Shown: positions 1-10,404 of the stretch, piece by piece
Layout: every line of letters begins with the position of its first letter
Position numbering within the stretch: position 1 is the first letter of the stretch
Source of the DNA: Desulfuromonadales bacterium
GTDB taxonomy: Bacteria > Desulfobacterota > Desulfuromonadia > Desulfuromonadales > BM103
DNA length: 64,000 nucleotides
Direction of reading: 5' to 3'
Assembly (NCBI GenBank): GCA_037383085.1
Contig: JARRPG010000001.1
Span: forward strand, 53,422-117,421
The notes under the pieces: model-generated
Databases searched by the model: none
What the model was told of the DNA's origin: nothing
Seen by the model: the letters and a program-made list of their open reading frames with translations, nothing else
Program-made: the position numbers and the translations under genes

Positions 1-251
1 ATGATTCCGGCGATCGCAGAGGCTTCCATGCCGCGCAGACCGCCGGTGTTGGGAACAACCACACTTTTGACATTCTTGATGATATTGCTGCTGGCGGTGA
101 CCCGAACCCGCTCCGGCAGGCAGCCGAGCAGAGCACGCGCTCGCGCAGCGGCGTAGGCAATCGCAATCGGTTCGGTACACCCCATGGCCGGGATCAATTC
201 TTCCTTGAGAATATCGATGTAGGCTTGATAGCGCGGATTCTTCCGTTTCAT
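1..251 (-). CDS. UPF0597/YhaM-like (L-cysteine desulfidase / serine dehydratase alpha-like) protein, N-terminal 83 codons only; gene runs off the left edge
   Basis: Not in the ORF track (no stop in window). Manual reverse-complement translation from the ATG at 251 gives MKRKNPRYQAYIDILKEELIPAMGCTEPIAIAYAAARARALLGCLPERVRVTASSNIIKNVKSVVVPNTGGLRGMEASAIAGI. The P-A-x-GCTEPI-x-x-A-x-AAA N-terminal signature is the one I recall from YhaM/UPF0597. Confidence 0.7.
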   Translation of the reverse strand, partial: MKRKNPRYQAYIDILKEELIPAMGCTEPIAIAYAAARARALLGCLPERVRVTASSNIIKNVKSVVVPNTGGLRGMEASAIAGI

Positions 252-340
252 CTCATGCAGACCCTCTTTTATGGACTTGCTGTACGGCCACCTGCAGCGG
301 CGCCTCCTTCATACCGCAGGCCTGTGCGCAAGTCAAAAGC

Positions 341-370
341 AAAAGGCCACCCGAGATCGGGTGGCCTTTT
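341..370 (-). terminator. Rho-independent terminator (bidirectional shape) downstream of the outer-membrane gene
   Basis: AAAA-GGCCACCC-gagatc-GGGTGGCC-TTTT: 8-bp GC-rich stem, 6-nt loop, A-run and T-run on either side. Lies 29 nt after the stop of 399..1325(-). Confidence 0.8.
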
Positions 371-398
371 GCGGTCTGCTGCATGGTGCAGCAGAACA

Positions 399-1325
399 TC
401 AGAAATGATGCACAAAACGCAGGTTGTAGCGCTCGCCTTCCGGCCGGTTGTCGACGCTGCTTTCAAAATAGGTGTTGAGGAACAGGTGCGAATCCTGCGA
501 AAGATGCCAGACCAGGCCCGGTCCAATGGCAAAGACCCGCTCATCATCACCGGCATCGACCCCGTTGATCTCGGTGTCGGTGAGCTGGTCGAACCAATAG
601 CCGTTGACGCCAAGCCGCAATTGCTTCGGCAGCACCTCGTAGGCGGCGGTAAAGTTTGCGTGCACCGCCTGGCCCGGCTCGAGCTTCAAATCGACCGGGG
701 ACTGGCCCATTTTTGTCGCTCCTCTGAATTCGTCGTTGTCGTCATTCCAGAGGTAGTGCAGGCGCCAGGAGACCGTCGCCTTGGGACCCAGGAATACGGT
801 GGCCGCCCAATAGGGGTTGAAGGAGAAATGGTTGCTTCCCGGATTGAGAGTCCTGTCGTTGTCGTAATCACCGGTCGGCCAGATCGTCTGCAGTTCGATG
901 CGGTTGAGCATGATCGGGCCTTTTTTGCCCATGATCGGGTCCCATTGGATGAAGGGGCCGATCAGCAGGTCGCCAATGCCACTGTTATCAGAGACAACCG
1001 GCGAGCTGGCGTCCAGACCGACGATCGGCAGCATGACGTTGAGTCCCCACTTGCCGCCAAACAATACAGCCTGGTCGGACTGATAAACATACTGGTTCAA
1101 AAGAACCCAGGCATCGACCTCCCCCGGCGGGCCGTCAACCAGCTTGTCGGCGGTGTAAAACTGCAGATACTCGGAGAGATAATGGCCCGGCCCCGCGGGC
1201 GGGCCGCCATCGAGGAAGCTGGTAAAGCCAAGGTTGACGTTTGGCTGCAGATAGGCGAAAGCCGACCCGGAGAACAGCGCAAAGGCAACCACAAGACACA
1301 GAACGAGACGCGTTTTCTTCATCAT
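399..1325 (-). CDS. Outer-membrane beta-barrel transport protein (MetA-pathway phenol-degradation-like family)
   Basis: 308 aa. Signal peptide MMKKTRLVLCLVVAFALFSGSAFA, alternating beta-strand pattern, aromatic C-terminus ...RFVHHF typical of OM barrels. Overall resemblance to the Phenol_MetA_deg-type family. Confidence 0.65.
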   Translation of the reverse strand: MMKKTRLVLCLVVAFALFSGSAFAYLQPNVNLGFTSFLDGGPPAGPGHYLSEYLQFYTADKLVDGPPGEVDAWVLLNQYVYQSDQAVLFGGKWGLNVMLPIVGLDASSPVVSDNSGIGDLLIGPFIQWDPIMGKKGPIMLNRIELQTIWPTGDYDNDRTLNPGSNHFSFNPYWAATVFLGPKATVSWRLHYLWNDDNDEFRGATKMGQSPVDLKLEPGQAVHANFTAAYEVLPKQLRLGVNGYWFDQLTDTEINGVDAGDDERVFAIGPGLVWHLSQDSHLFLNTYFESSVDNRPEGERYNLRFVHHF

Positions 1326-1436
1326 TCATCCTCCCTGTCATTTGAACATCGTGATTTTAAGATCAATCGGAACCCATCACGGATTCCGGCCAGCATCCTC
1401 ATTATCAGGGCGTAAGTCAAGCAAATGGCCAAGCCG

Positions 1437-4112
1437 TCAATGCGCCTCGCGCCAATTGCGACCGCTGCCAACCTCAACCAGCAGCGGCACGGTCAGGTCA
1501 ACAGCTCCCTCCATTTCCTCTGTGACCAACCTCGCGACCGTGTCCAGTTCGGGCTTCGGGACATCGAAGACCAGTTCGTCATGGACCTGCAGCAGCATCT
1601 TGGCCTGCAGATCGTCCTTGTCGAGGCGGGCGGCAATTTTGACCATGGCCACTTTGATGATGTCAGCGGCCGAGCCCTGCACCGGATAGTTGATCGCGTT
1701 GCGCTCCGCGTAGCCGCGCACGGCGCCGTTCTTACTGTGAATCTCCGGGATCGCGCAGCGTCTGCCGAGGAGAGTCGTAACGTACATCTTCTCGCGCGCT
1801 TCGGCGATGCAGGCATCCATGAAGGTGCGAATCCTCGGGTAGCGTTCGAAATAGCGGTCAATAAAATCCTGGGCCTCACGGCGGTTGATGCCGAGTTGCC
1901 GGGAAAGACCAAAGGCGCTGATGCCGTAAACCACGCCGAAATTGATCGCCTTGGCCCGCCGACGCTGCTCATCCGTGATCAGGTCCGGGAAGACACCGAG
2001 GACTTCGCTGGCGGTACGCCGATGGATGTCCTCGCCGGCGGCAAAAGCCTCCTTGAGCCCCGGTTCATCGGCCATGTGCGCCAGAATCCGCAGTTCGACC
2101 TGGGAATAGTCCGCCGACAACAGCAGGCAGCCGTCGGAGGGGATAAAGCCTTCCCGGATGCGCCGTCCCTCCTCGGTCCGGATCGGGATATTCTGCAGAT
2201 TGGGGTCGCTGGATGAGAGTCGACCGGTGGCCGTGACCGCCTGGTTGAAGCTGGTGTGAATCCGACCGGTCTCGGGATGGATCAATTTCGGCAAGGCATC
2301 GGTGTAAGTCCCCTTTAACTTCATCAGCGAACGGTAATCGAGAATCTTTGCCGCAATGGTATGCTCTTCGGCCAGCTTGTTGAGCACCTCGACATCCGTT
2401 GACCAGCCGGTTTTGGTCTTTTTCCCCTTCGGCAAACCGAGACGTTCGAACAGGACCTCACCGAGCTGCTTGGGCGACCCGATGTTAAAAGGGCCACCGG
2501 CCAGGTCATGGATATCCTTTTCCAGGTGGGCCAGTTTCTCTGCCATCTCGCCAGAGAGACCGGCGAGGAAAGCGGGATCGATACGGATGCCGGTCTTTTC
2601 CATGGCCGTAAGAACCGGCAACAGCGGCATCTCGACCTCATGAAAAAGCGCCTCCTGGTCCTGTTCGGCCAGCATCGGCTGCAGTTTCTCGTACAATCGC
2701 AGCGTGATGTCGGCATCTTCCGCGGCGTAGGTCGTGGCCCTCTCGATGGCCACTTCTTCAAATCCGACCTGCTTCTTGCCGCGGCCGACGACATCATGAT
2801 AGCTGAGGGTGTGATAATCCAGCAGTTCGACCGCCAGACTGTCCATGCCGTGGGAACGGGCCGCCGAATTGGCCAGATAGCTGGCCAGCATGGTGTCGAA
2901 AATCGGCTCTGCGACGGTCAGACCGGTCCGTTCCGAGACCAGCATGTCGTATTTGAGGTTCTGCCCGATCTTCAGCGGGTTCGACGATGTCAGAACAGGA
3001 CGCAAGGCATCGAGAACTGTCGCAACGGGCAACTGTTCCGGCACCCCCAGATAGTGATGACCCACCGGAATGTACCAGGCTTGTCCCGGGGTCACGGCAA
3101 AGGAGAGTCCGACCAGTTCGGCACGCATCGGGTTCAGGCTGGTGGTTTCCGTATCGAAAGCAAACCTCTCTGCGTCTTGCAACATCTTGACCAGTTCCGC
3201 CAGGGCGGCCTCATCGCACACGGCACGATAATCGGCCTGCGCCGTAGGATCATCGGAGGCGCCCGCAAACTCCTGCAGCAGCTTGTGAAATTCGCATTCG
3301 CGGAAAATCGCGCTGAGGGCCTCACGATCCGGCTCTGCCAGGACAAAATCCTTCTCATTCACGTCCAGGTCGAGATCGTCGACCAAAGTCACCAGTTGCC
3401 GGGACAGGCGCGCCTGATCGGCATAGGCCTCGAGATTCTCCCGGCGCTTGCCCTTGAGCTGATCGAGATTGGCCAGCAGTGTCTCGAGGTCGCCGTATTC
3501 ATCAATCAAGGTTTTGGCCGTTTTTTCGCCGATACCCGGGACCCCCGGGATGTTATCCGAGCTGTCACCGGCCAGGGCCTGGACTTCGACGACCTTGTCA
3601 GCACCTCCGAAACGTGCAACGACCTCCTCCGGCCCGGTGACCTTGTCCTTCATGGTGTCGAGCAGACGGACGTGGTCGTTGACAATCTGCATCAGGTCCT
3701 TGTCGCCGGTGACGACGGTGATCTCCATCCCCTGGCCGGCAAACTTCTTCGCCAGGGTGGCGATGATATCGTCGGCTTCGTAGCCGGCCCGTTCGATTCC
3801 CGGCAGATTGAGGGCGTGCACGATCTTCTTGATCGTGGGAATCTGCGGCACCAGATCCTCGGGCATCTCGGCCCGGTTGGCCTTGTACTCCGGGTAAATC
3901 GCCTTGCGGAAGGTCGGCCCTTTGCTGTCGAAAATGACCGCCAGGCGATCCGGACCCAAATCGCGGATGACCTTGAGCAGCATGTTGGTAAAGCCGTAGA
4001 TGGCATTGGTCGCCATCCCTTTGGAATTGCTCAGATGACGGATGGCGTAATAGGCCCGGTAGATGTAGCTGGAACCATCGATCAGGCAAAGCGTCCGGGG
4101 TGTCTCGGTCAT
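1437..4112 (-). CDS. polA: DNA polymerase I
   Basis: 5'-nuclease N-terminus (LCLIDGSSYIYRAYYA), 3'-5' exo domain (FAFDTETTSL), and pol motifs (DYSQVELRILAH, QVHDELVF). Start moved from the ORF-track 4247 to the ATG at 4112, which has GGAG 8 nt upstream and gives a canonical N-terminus. Confidence 0.95.
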   Translation of the reverse strand: MTETPRTLCLIDGSSYIYRAYYAIRHLSNSKGMATNAIYGFTNMLLKVIRDLGPDRLAVIFDSKGPTFRKAIYPEYKANRAEMPEDLVPQIPTIKKIVHALNLPGIERAGYEADDIIATLAKKFAGQGMEITVVTGDKDLMQIVNDHVRLLDTMKDKVTGPEEVVARFGGADKVVEVQALAGDSSDNIPGVPGIGEKTAKTLIDEYGDLETLLANLDQLKGKRRENLEAYADQARLSRQLVTLVDDLDLDVNEKDFVLAEPDREALSAIFRECEFHKLLQEFAGASDDPTAQADYRAVCDEAALAELVKMLQDAERFAFDTETTSLNPMRAELVGLSFAVTPGQAWYIPVGHHYLGVPEQLPVATVLDALRPVLTSSNPLKIGQNLKYDMLVSERTGLTVAEPIFDTMLASYLANSAARSHGMDSLAVELLDYHTLSYHDVVGRGKKQVGFEEVAIERATTYAAEDADITLRLYEKLQPMLAEQDQEALFHEVEMPLLPVLTAMEKTGIRIDPAFLAGLSGEMAEKLAHLEKDIHDLAGGPFNIGSPKQLGEVLFERLGLPKGKKTKTGWSTDVEVLNKLAEEHTIAAKILDYRSLMKLKGTYTDALPKLIHPETGRIHTSFNQAVTATGRLSSSDPNLQNIPIRTEEGRRIREGFIPSDGCLLLSADYSQVELRILAHMADEPGLKEAFAAGEDIHRRTASEVLGVFPDLITDEQRRRAKAINFGVVYGISAFGLSRQLGINRREAQDFIDRYFERYPRIRTFMDACIAEAREKMYVTTLLGRRCAIPEIHSKNGAVRGYAERNAINYPVQGSAADIIKVAMVKIAARLDKDDLQAKMLLQVHDELVFDVPKPELDTVARLVTEEMEGAVDLTVPLLVEVGSGRNWREAH

Positions 4113-4152
4113 AAAGGGAGCTCCTTGGCAAAGTGCAGTCATTATTCCACAA

Positions 4153-4180
4153 CTTGACCAGCAGGCAAAGCGCCCCGTTT
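4153..4180 (+). promoter_or_regulatory. Candidate RpoH (sigma-32)-type heat-shock promoter for lon
   Basis: CTTGACC-N13-CCCCGTTT compared with the consensus CTTGAAA-N13-15-CCCCATNT. Located about 120 nt upstream of the lon ATG. Confidence 0.45.
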
Positions 4181-4299
4181 GCCGCACGCCCAAGCCCAGT
4201 CCGGCCGTGTTGGGGGGACAGATCATGGCGCCGGTTGACATTATCAAGACAGATGATTAGCTTTCCTAAGGATTCTCATTCAGCGAGGAGTCGTTTTCT

Positions 4300-6732
4300 A
4301 TGACGGATGACAACCGGACCGACAACATGATGTCGGACTTCGATATCAACAGCGAAAAGATGTCGGAAATACTCGAGGAGCAGGCCCAGGAAGGCGGGCT
4401 GGTGGTGGCCTCGGAGATCCTGCCGACCGGCCTGCCGATCATTCCGCTGCGCCCACGGCCTGCCTTCCCCGGCATCATGATCCCGCTGGTCCTCAACGGC
4501 CAGGCCCAGGTCGCCGCCCTGCATCAGGCGATGAAACATCAGGCCCAGGCCATCGGCCTGGTCATGGTCCGCAACCTGGACGACGAAGACGGCGTTGACA
4601 ACCTGCACGAGGTCGGCGTTGCGGCCAAGATCGTCAAGGTCCTGCATTCCGAGAAAGAGGCGGCTCACGTCCTGGTCAATAGCCTCGAACGTTTCGAAAT
4701 CGAAGAGCTGCAGGAACGCGGCGCGGGCATTTACGCCCGGGTCCGCTACCATTATGCCACCGAGCTGTCGGTCAACCCCGAGCTGCGTGCCTATTCGATG
4801 GCGATCCTGTCGACCCTCAAGGAACTGGTGCAGATCAACCCTCTCTACAGCGAGGAAATCAAGCTGTTCCTCAATCGCTCGAGTCTCGAAGATCCCGGCC
4901 GCCTGGCGGATTTCGCCGCCAACCTGACCAACTCCGACGGCCAGCAGCTGCAGGACATTCTCGCCACCTTCGATGTTCGCAAACGAATCGACAAAGTTCT
5001 GGTCCTGTTGAAGAAAGAACTCGAGGTATCGCGTCTCCAAACCAAGATTTCCAAGCAGATCGAAGAGAAAATCTCCGCCCAGCAGCGGGAATTCTTCCTG
5101 CGTGAGCAGCTCAAGGCGATCAAGCAGGAGTTGGGCCTGGAGAAAGAAGGTAAAGCGACCGAGATCGAAAAATTCCAGAAACGCCTGAAAAAGCTGCAGC
5201 TCAACGAGGAAGCGAAACGGGCCGTCGATGAAGAGATGGAAAAACTGCAGCTGATCGAACCGTCCTCACCGGAATACAATGTCAGCCGGAACTATCTCGA
5301 CTGGTTGACCATCCTGCCGTGGGGAATCTTCAGCAAGGACTCGTACAAGATCTCCCGGGCCCGCAGAATTCTCGATCGTGACCACTACGGTCTGAAGGAT
5401 GTCAAGGAGCGGATCCTCGAGTTTATCGCGGTGGGCAAAATGAAAGGTGATATCTCCGGTTCGATCCTTTGCCTGGTGGGTCCGCCCGGGGTGGGCAAGA
5501 CCTCGGTCGGCCACAGTATCGCTGATTCCCTGGGTCGCAAATTCTACCGTTTTTCACTCGGCGGCATGCGCGACGAGGCCGAAATCAAGGGACACCGGCG
5601 CACCTATATCGGCGCCATGCCCGGCAAGGTGATCCAGGCCATCAAGACCGCCGGCACCGCCAACCCGGTGCTGATGCTCGACGAAATCGACAAGATCGGC
5701 GCGTCTTTTCAGGGGGATCCGGCGTCGGCCCTGCTCGAGGTGCTCGATCCCGAGCAGAACGGCTCTTTCCGCGACCATTACCTGGACGTGCCCTTTGATC
5801 TGTCCAACGTCCTGTTCATCGCCACGGCGAACCAGTTGGACACCATCCCGCGACCGCTGCTCGATCGGATGGAGGTGATCCGTCTGTCCGGGTATATCCT
5901 GGAGGAAAAACTGGAGATCGCCAAACGCTACCTGATCCCGAAGGCTCTGGCGGCGCATGGTCTTGAACGGGGCCAGGTGACGATTCGCAAAGCGGCTCTG
6001 GTCCAGATCATTGATGGCTATGCCCGCGAAGCGGGCGTGCGCAACCTGGAAAAGCAGATCCGCAAAATCATGCGGCGTGCCGCCATGCAGTTCGCCGAAG
6101 ACAGTACCCTGGAAAAAGTCATCATCAACAAGCGCGACCTGGAGCATTACCTCGAAAAGCCGGTCTTTACCGCTGACGAAATCTTCGAGGGCGTCGCCGG
6201 CGTGGTCACCGGACTGGCCTGGACCAGCCTCGGCGGCGCCACCCTGCAGATCGAAGCGACCGCCACGCTGTCCAAGAACAAGGGCTTCAAGCAGACCGGC
6301 CAGTTGGGCAAGGTGATGGTGGAAAGTTCCGAAATCGCCTATTCCTACAGTGCCGCCCACATCACCGACTTCGGCGGCGACGCGAAGTTTTTCGACCAAC
6401 ACTTCGTGCATCTGCATGTGCCGGCCGGGGCAACCCCCAAGGACGGACCTTCGGCCGGGATCACCATGGCCTCAGCCCTGATTTCCATGGCCACCGGCAA
6501 AATCGTCAAAGCCAAGACCGGCATGACCGGCGAGCTGACGCTAACCGGCCGGGTGCTGGCTATCGGCGGCGTCAAGGAGAAGACCATCGCCGCGCGCCGT
6601 TCCGGCCTGAAGACGTTGATTTTCCCGGAGGACAACCGCAAGGACTACGAGGAGCTGGCCGATTACCTTAAAGAAGGCCTGGAGGTGCACTTCGTCAAAA
6701 CTTTCGATGATGTCTACAGGCTGGTTTTCTGA
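4300..6732 (+). CDS. lon: ATP-dependent Lon protease
   Basis: 810 aa. LON N-domain, Walker A GPPGVGKTS, and protease active-site region PKDGPSAGITMASAL. GAGGAG RBS 9 nt upstream. Confidence 0.95.
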   Translation: MTDDNRTDNMMSDFDINSEKMSEILEEQAQEGGLVVASEILPTGLPIIPLRPRPAFPGIMIPLVLNGQAQVAALHQAMKHQAQAIGLVMVRNLDDEDGVDNLHEVGVAAKIVKVLHSEKEAAHVLVNSLERFEIEELQERGAGIYARVRYHYATELSVNPELRAYSMAILSTLKELVQINPLYSEEIKLFLNRSSLEDPGRLADFAANLTNSDGQQLQDILATFDVRKRIDKVLVLLKKELEVSRLQTKISKQIEEKISAQQREFFLREQLKAIKQELGLEKEGKATEIEKFQKRLKKLQLNEEAKRAVDEEMEKLQLIEPSSPEYNVSRNYLDWLTILPWGIFSKDSYKISRARRILDRDHYGLKDVKERILEFIAVGKMKGDISGSILCLVGPPGVGKTSVGHSIADSLGRKFYRFSLGGMRDEAEIKGHRRTYIGAMPGKVIQAIKTAGTANPVLMLDEIDKIGASFQGDPASALLEVLDPEQNGSFRDHYLDVPFDLSNVLFIATANQLDTIPRPLLDRMEVIRLSGYILEEKLEIAKRYLIPKALAAHGLERGQVTIRKAALVQIIDGYAREAGVRNLEKQIRKIMRRAAMQFAEDSTLEKVIINKRDLEHYLEKPVFTADEIFEGVAGVVTGLAWTSLGGATLQIEATATLSKNKGFKQTGQLGKVMVESSEIAYSYSAAHITDFGGDAKFFDQHFVHLHVPAGATPKDGPSAGITMASALISMATGKIVKAKTGMTGELTLTGRVLAIGGVKEKTIAARRSGLKTLIFPEDNRKDYEELADYLKEGLEVHFVKTFDDVYRLVF

Positions 6733-6735
6733 TCC

Positions 6736-6764
6736 TCCGCCTGACAACAGACACCTTAGGCGGA
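6736..6764. terminator. Weak hairpin between convergent lon and glsA
   Basis: TCCGCCT-15 nt loop-AGGCGGA. The loop is large and the T-run is poor (tcgttt). Confidence 0.3.
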
Positions 6765-6768
6765 TCGT

Positions 6769-7677
6769 TTAACCGAAAACCGACCATTCCATCCCTTCGG
6801 CCAAGAGCTGTACAGCATCCGTGCCCAGTTTTGAATTGCCCAGCTTGGTCAAACCGGGCGACCAGGCCGCAATCGCGGCCCGACCGGGGACGATCACCAG
6901 GAGGCCGCCACCGATCCCGCTCTTGCCGGGCAGGCCGACCCGGTAAGCAAAATCTCCCGAACCATCATAGTGACCGCAGGTCAGCATCAGGGCGTTGATC
7001 CGGCGGATCCGGGCCGCGGAAATCATTTGCGGCATGCCTGGCGCGTTGATCAGAAAGCGCCCGGCCAGCGCCAGCTGGCGGCAGCTCATTTCAATCGCAC
7101 ATTGATGAAAATAGGTCCCCAGGGTCAATTCCGGCGAATGTTCAAGGTTGTCAAAGCTGCGCAGGAAATGGGCCAGGGCAAAATTGCGGTGGCCGGTTTC
7201 CTTTTCCGACTGGGCCACAGAGGCGTTGATATAGATCGTTTCATCGTCCGCGGCATGGTGAATGAATTTCATCAATCCAGCCAGGGACTCTGCCGGGGAA
7301 CTGCGCGCCAGGATGACATCGGTGACCACGATGGCACCGGCATTGATAAACGGATTGCGTGGAATGCCCTGCTCCTGTTCCAGCTGCAGAATCGAATTGA
7401 AGGCCCGGCCGGAGGGTTCGCGACCGACCCGTCTCCAGAGCTGACTGCCGACGCGTCCCAGAGCCAGTGCCAGGGTGAACACCTTGGAGATACTCTGGAT
7501 CGAAAACGGCACATCGGCATCACCGACAGTCAAGGTCCGGCCATCAACCAGGGTGACCGCAAGTCCGAACCGGTTCGGATCGACAGCAGCCAACTCCGGA
7601 ATATAGGTGGCTACCTCACCGCGATCCTCGCATTGAGCCATGGCGCGTCCGATATCATCGAGAACCTGTTGCAACAT
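6769..7677 (-). CDS. glsA: Glutaminase A
   Basis: 302 aa. YIPELA...[16 protein letters not shown] (the Ser-x-x-Lys of serine-dependent glutaminases) and ...[11 protein letters not shown]. Confidence 0.9.
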   Translation of the reverse strand: MLQQVLDDIGRAMAQCEDRGEVATYIPELAAVDPNRFGLAVTLVDGRTLTVGDADVPFSIQSISKVFTLALALGRVGSQLWRRVGREPSGRAFNSILQLEQEQGIPRNPFINAGAIVVTDVILARSSPAESLAGLMKFIHHAADDETIYINASVAQSEKETGHRNFALAHFLRSFDNLEHSPELTLGTYFHQCAIEMSCRQLALAGRFLINAPGMPQMISAARIRRINALMLTCGHYDGSGDFAYRVGLPGKSGIGGGLLVIVPGRAAIAAWSPGLTKLGNSKLGTDAVQLLAEGMEWSVFG

Positions 7678-7859
7678 CGCGTTCCTTCCCCCGTTGATGC
7701 CATCTCCTCAAGCTTACGAGGCACAAGGATTCCGGTCAATCGTTACCGATCAACCGCAACTTTTCCCTGGCGAACGAAACGCCCTACCCTGGCGCAGATT
7801 TGCACCAAGCGGCCTTTCCGCTATGATAGAGCAAACGACCTGCCCTGCGAGACCAAAAC

Positions 7860-8810
7860 ATGAGTGGCAACGACGTCAACAATCTGTTCGGCCAACTTCT
7901 CAGCGGCCAGTTCCTGGAGAGCAAGGGATTCTATACCCTGCTGGCGATCGTCCTCTTCTGGCTGATCAACCGCCTGGTGCTGCTGGTGCTGCTGCGCGGA
8001 CGGGACGTGCAGGTGCAGTACCGCATCCGCAAGACCGTCGCTTACATTACCTATCCGCTGGCGTTTCTGGTCATCGGTCGCATCTGGTTCGTCGGTTTCA
8101 AGGACATCTCCACGTATCTCGGCCTGCTCTCCGCCGGCCTGGCCATCGCCCTGCAGACGCCGCTCGTCAATCTCGCCGGCTGGGCCTTCATTCTCTGGCG
8201 ACAGCCCTTCAAAGTCGGTGATCGCATCCAGCTCGGCGCTGACCGCGGGGATGTGATCGACCAGCGCATCTTCATGTTCAGTCTGGTTGAAATCGGCAAT
8301 TGGGTCGATGCCGACCAGAGTACCGGCCGGGTCATTCATGTCCCGAATGGTAAAATTTTTACCGAAGTTCTGGCCAATTACAGCCAGGGCTTTGAATATC
8401 TGTGGAATGAAATTCCGGTTCTGGTCACTTTCGAGAGTGATTGGCGCAAGGCCAAATCGCTGCTCAGCGATATCGCCGAGAGACACGGCACGGCCTTAAG
8501 CGAATCGGCGGCCAACAAGCTCAGGGAAGCGGCGAAAAAATTCATGATTTTCTATACCAAGCTGACTCCGGTGGTCTATACGACGGTCAAGGACTGCGGG
8601 GTGATGCTGACAATACGTTACCTGTGTGAACCCCGCAAACGGCGTGGGTCCGAACAGGATATCTGGGAGGATATCCTGGATCGCTTTGCCGAACACGATG
8701 ACATCGACTTCGCCTACCCGACGCAACGTTTCTACCAGAACGCGACCGAGGGCAAACCGGGGACGCGGCCCGACGCTGTCTATGCACCGCAACCCTCCGG
8801 GGACACCTGA
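7860..8810 (+). CDS. Small-conductance mechanosensitive channel (MscS family)
   Basis: 316 aa. Three N-terminal TM helices, then the MscS beta-domain signature PFKVGDRIQLG...GDVIDQRIFMFSLVEIGN...VIHVPNGKI. Confidence 0.8.
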   Translation: MSGNDVNNLFGQLLSGQFLESKGFYTLLAIVLFWLINRLVLLVLLRGRDVQVQYRIRKTVAYITYPLAFLVIGRIWFVGFKDISTYLGLLSAGLAIALQTPLVNLAGWAFILWRQPFKVGDRIQLGADRGDVIDQRIFMFSLVEIGNWVDADQSTGRVIHVPNGKIFTEVLANYSQGFEYLWNEIPVLVTFESDWRKAKSLLSDIAERHGTALSESAANKLREAAKKFMIFYTKLTPVVYTTVKDCGVMLTIRYLCEPRKRRGSEQDIWEDILDRFAEHDDIDFAYPTQRFYQNATEGKPGTRPDAVYAPQPSGDT

Positions 8811-8977
8811 GTCTGGTCTGTGCACCGGCCACACCTTGCCGGCAGACCCTGATGAACCAGAGGCCCACGAAAGGTGATCCGGCACCGGTCGCCCTCTCCG
8901 CAATTGAATTCTCAGCGCGTTTCTGCTAGTTTCCCTCGAACGACAACGACTTTCCATTGACAAAGAGAGACAGCCCC

Positions 8978-9943
8978 ATGCGTATCCTGTCCGGCATTCA
9001 ACCCTCCGGGTCTCTGCATCTTGGCAATTACTTCGGTATGATGTCGAAAATGATCGCCTACCAGGAGGAATCGGAACTTTTCTGTTTTATCGCCAACTAC
9101 CATGCCCAGACCTCGGTCAGTGACGGCAAGGTGCTGGCCCGCGGCACGCTCGAAGCGGCCGCCAACTTTCTGGCCCTCGGCATGGACCCGGACAAGAGCA
9201 CCTTCTGGGTGCAGTCCGACCTGCCGGAAGTCCAGGAACTGACCTGGATTCTCTCCAACTTCACGCCGATGGGACTGCTCGAACGCTGTCACAGCTACAA
9301 AGACAAGATCAGCAGGGGGCTGGCCGCCAACCACGGCCTGTTTGCCTATCCGGTCCTGATGACCGCCGACATCCTGCTGTTCCAGAGTGACAAGGTGCCG
9401 GTGGGCAAGGATCAGAAGCAGCACGTCGAGGTCGCCCGCGACATCGCCATCAAGTTCAACAACCACTACGGCAACATCTTCACCCTGCCGGAACCGGAGA
9501 TCGATGATGATGTCGCGACCATTCCGGGCCTCGACGGGCAGAAGATGAGCAAAAGCTACGGCAACACCATCGACCTGTTTGCCGACGAGAAGCAGCTGCG
9601 CAAACAGATCATGCGGATCGTCACGGCTCCGATTGCCGTCGAGGAGCCCAAAGATCCGGACGCCTGCAATGTCTACAAGATCTTTCGTCTGTTCCTGGAT
9701 CGGGAGGCGGATGCAGCGCTCAGAAAGCGTTACACGGCCGGCGGTCTGGCCTTCGGCGAGGTCAAGCAGGAGCTGTTTGAAACGGTGCGGGATTATTTCG
9801 CGCCGCACGCCGAAAGGCGCAAGGAACTGCTGGCCGATCTGGACGGGTTACGCGCCATTCTCGGCCGGGGGGCGGAGAAAGCACGCTGGGCGGCCAATAA
9901 GACAATGCGCAAGGTGCGCAAAAAAACCGGCCTGATTTACTGA
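8978..9943 (+). CDS. trpS: Tryptophan--tRNA ligase
   Basis: Class I motifs: the HIGH-like GSLHLGN and KMSKS. The ORF-track start at 8957 is a TTG, so I prefer the ATG at 8978 (MRILSGIQPSG...). Confidence 0.92.
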   Translation: MRILSGIQPSGSLHLGNYFGMMSKMIAYQEESELFCFIANYHAQTSVSDGKVLARGTLEAAANFLALGMDPDKSTFWVQSDLPEVQELTWILSNFTPMGLLERCHSYKDKISRGLAANHGLFAYPVLMTADILLFQSDKVPVGKDQKQHVEVARDIAIKFNNHYGNIFTLPEPEIDDDVATIPGLDGQKMSKSYGNTIDLFADEKQLRKQIMRIVTAPIAVEEPKDPDACNVYKIFRLFLDREADAALRKRYTAGGLAFGEVKQELFETVRDYFAPHAERRKELLADLDGLRAILGRGAEKARWAANKTMRKVRKKTGLIY

Positions 9944-10002
9944 TTCAACCGGCCGATCCGTGACGTGGTGCAACAAGCTCTCCGGAGCGGTGCCACGGTC
10001 AT

Positions 10003-10218
10003 CTACCGCGACGTGGGCGTGTCGGGCGGCGGGTTTTCCGCCGCGACCGCCCCCTCCCGTGTGAACAACAGGAACGCCATCGCGGGACGTTTGCTGGCAT
10101 CACGCACCACAAACTGGATACTGTCGAAGTGCCAACCTTCAGCGCTGCGTTCGTTCAGCACCTCCTCGATCGATTCTGCCGTAACCACGGCTAATTCCAC
10201 AACTTTGTATTCCGTCAT
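10003..10218 (-). CDS. DUF4177-like small protein
   Basis: 71 aa. YKVVEL...EEVLNERSAEGWHFDSI matches the DUF4177 pattern as I recall it. Confidence 0.55.
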   Translation of the reverse strand: MTEYKVVELAVVTAESIEEVLNERSAEGWHFDSIQFVVRDASKRPAMAFLLFTREGAVAAENPPPDTPTSR

Positions 10219-10404
10219 GACCGGCCTTTCCGAACGGCGACTGGGACGCGCGCCGAGTGCGCAGCAATCTTTCTGCAGAGAGTAAATTCACGGGGAACCC
10301 TGACGTTTATACCCTGTCCGGGGTGCGGCGTAAAGGCCCTGGACTGCAATGCGCGCGCCCCGAGCGAGAAACAAGTCGGCAAAGAGGTAAAACAGGTTTC
10401 TAGA

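Noticed and set aside
225-1415. 396-aa plus-strand ORF covering the outer-membrane gene region
   Set aside because: It is antisense to a gene with a clear signal peptide and OM-barrel C-terminus. Its translation is Arg/Gly/Pro-rich with no recognisable family, which is typical of a high-GC shadow ORF.
2508-4157. 549-aa plus-strand ORF
   Set aside because: Entirely antisense to polA, whose motifs are unambiguous. It is a shadow ORF.
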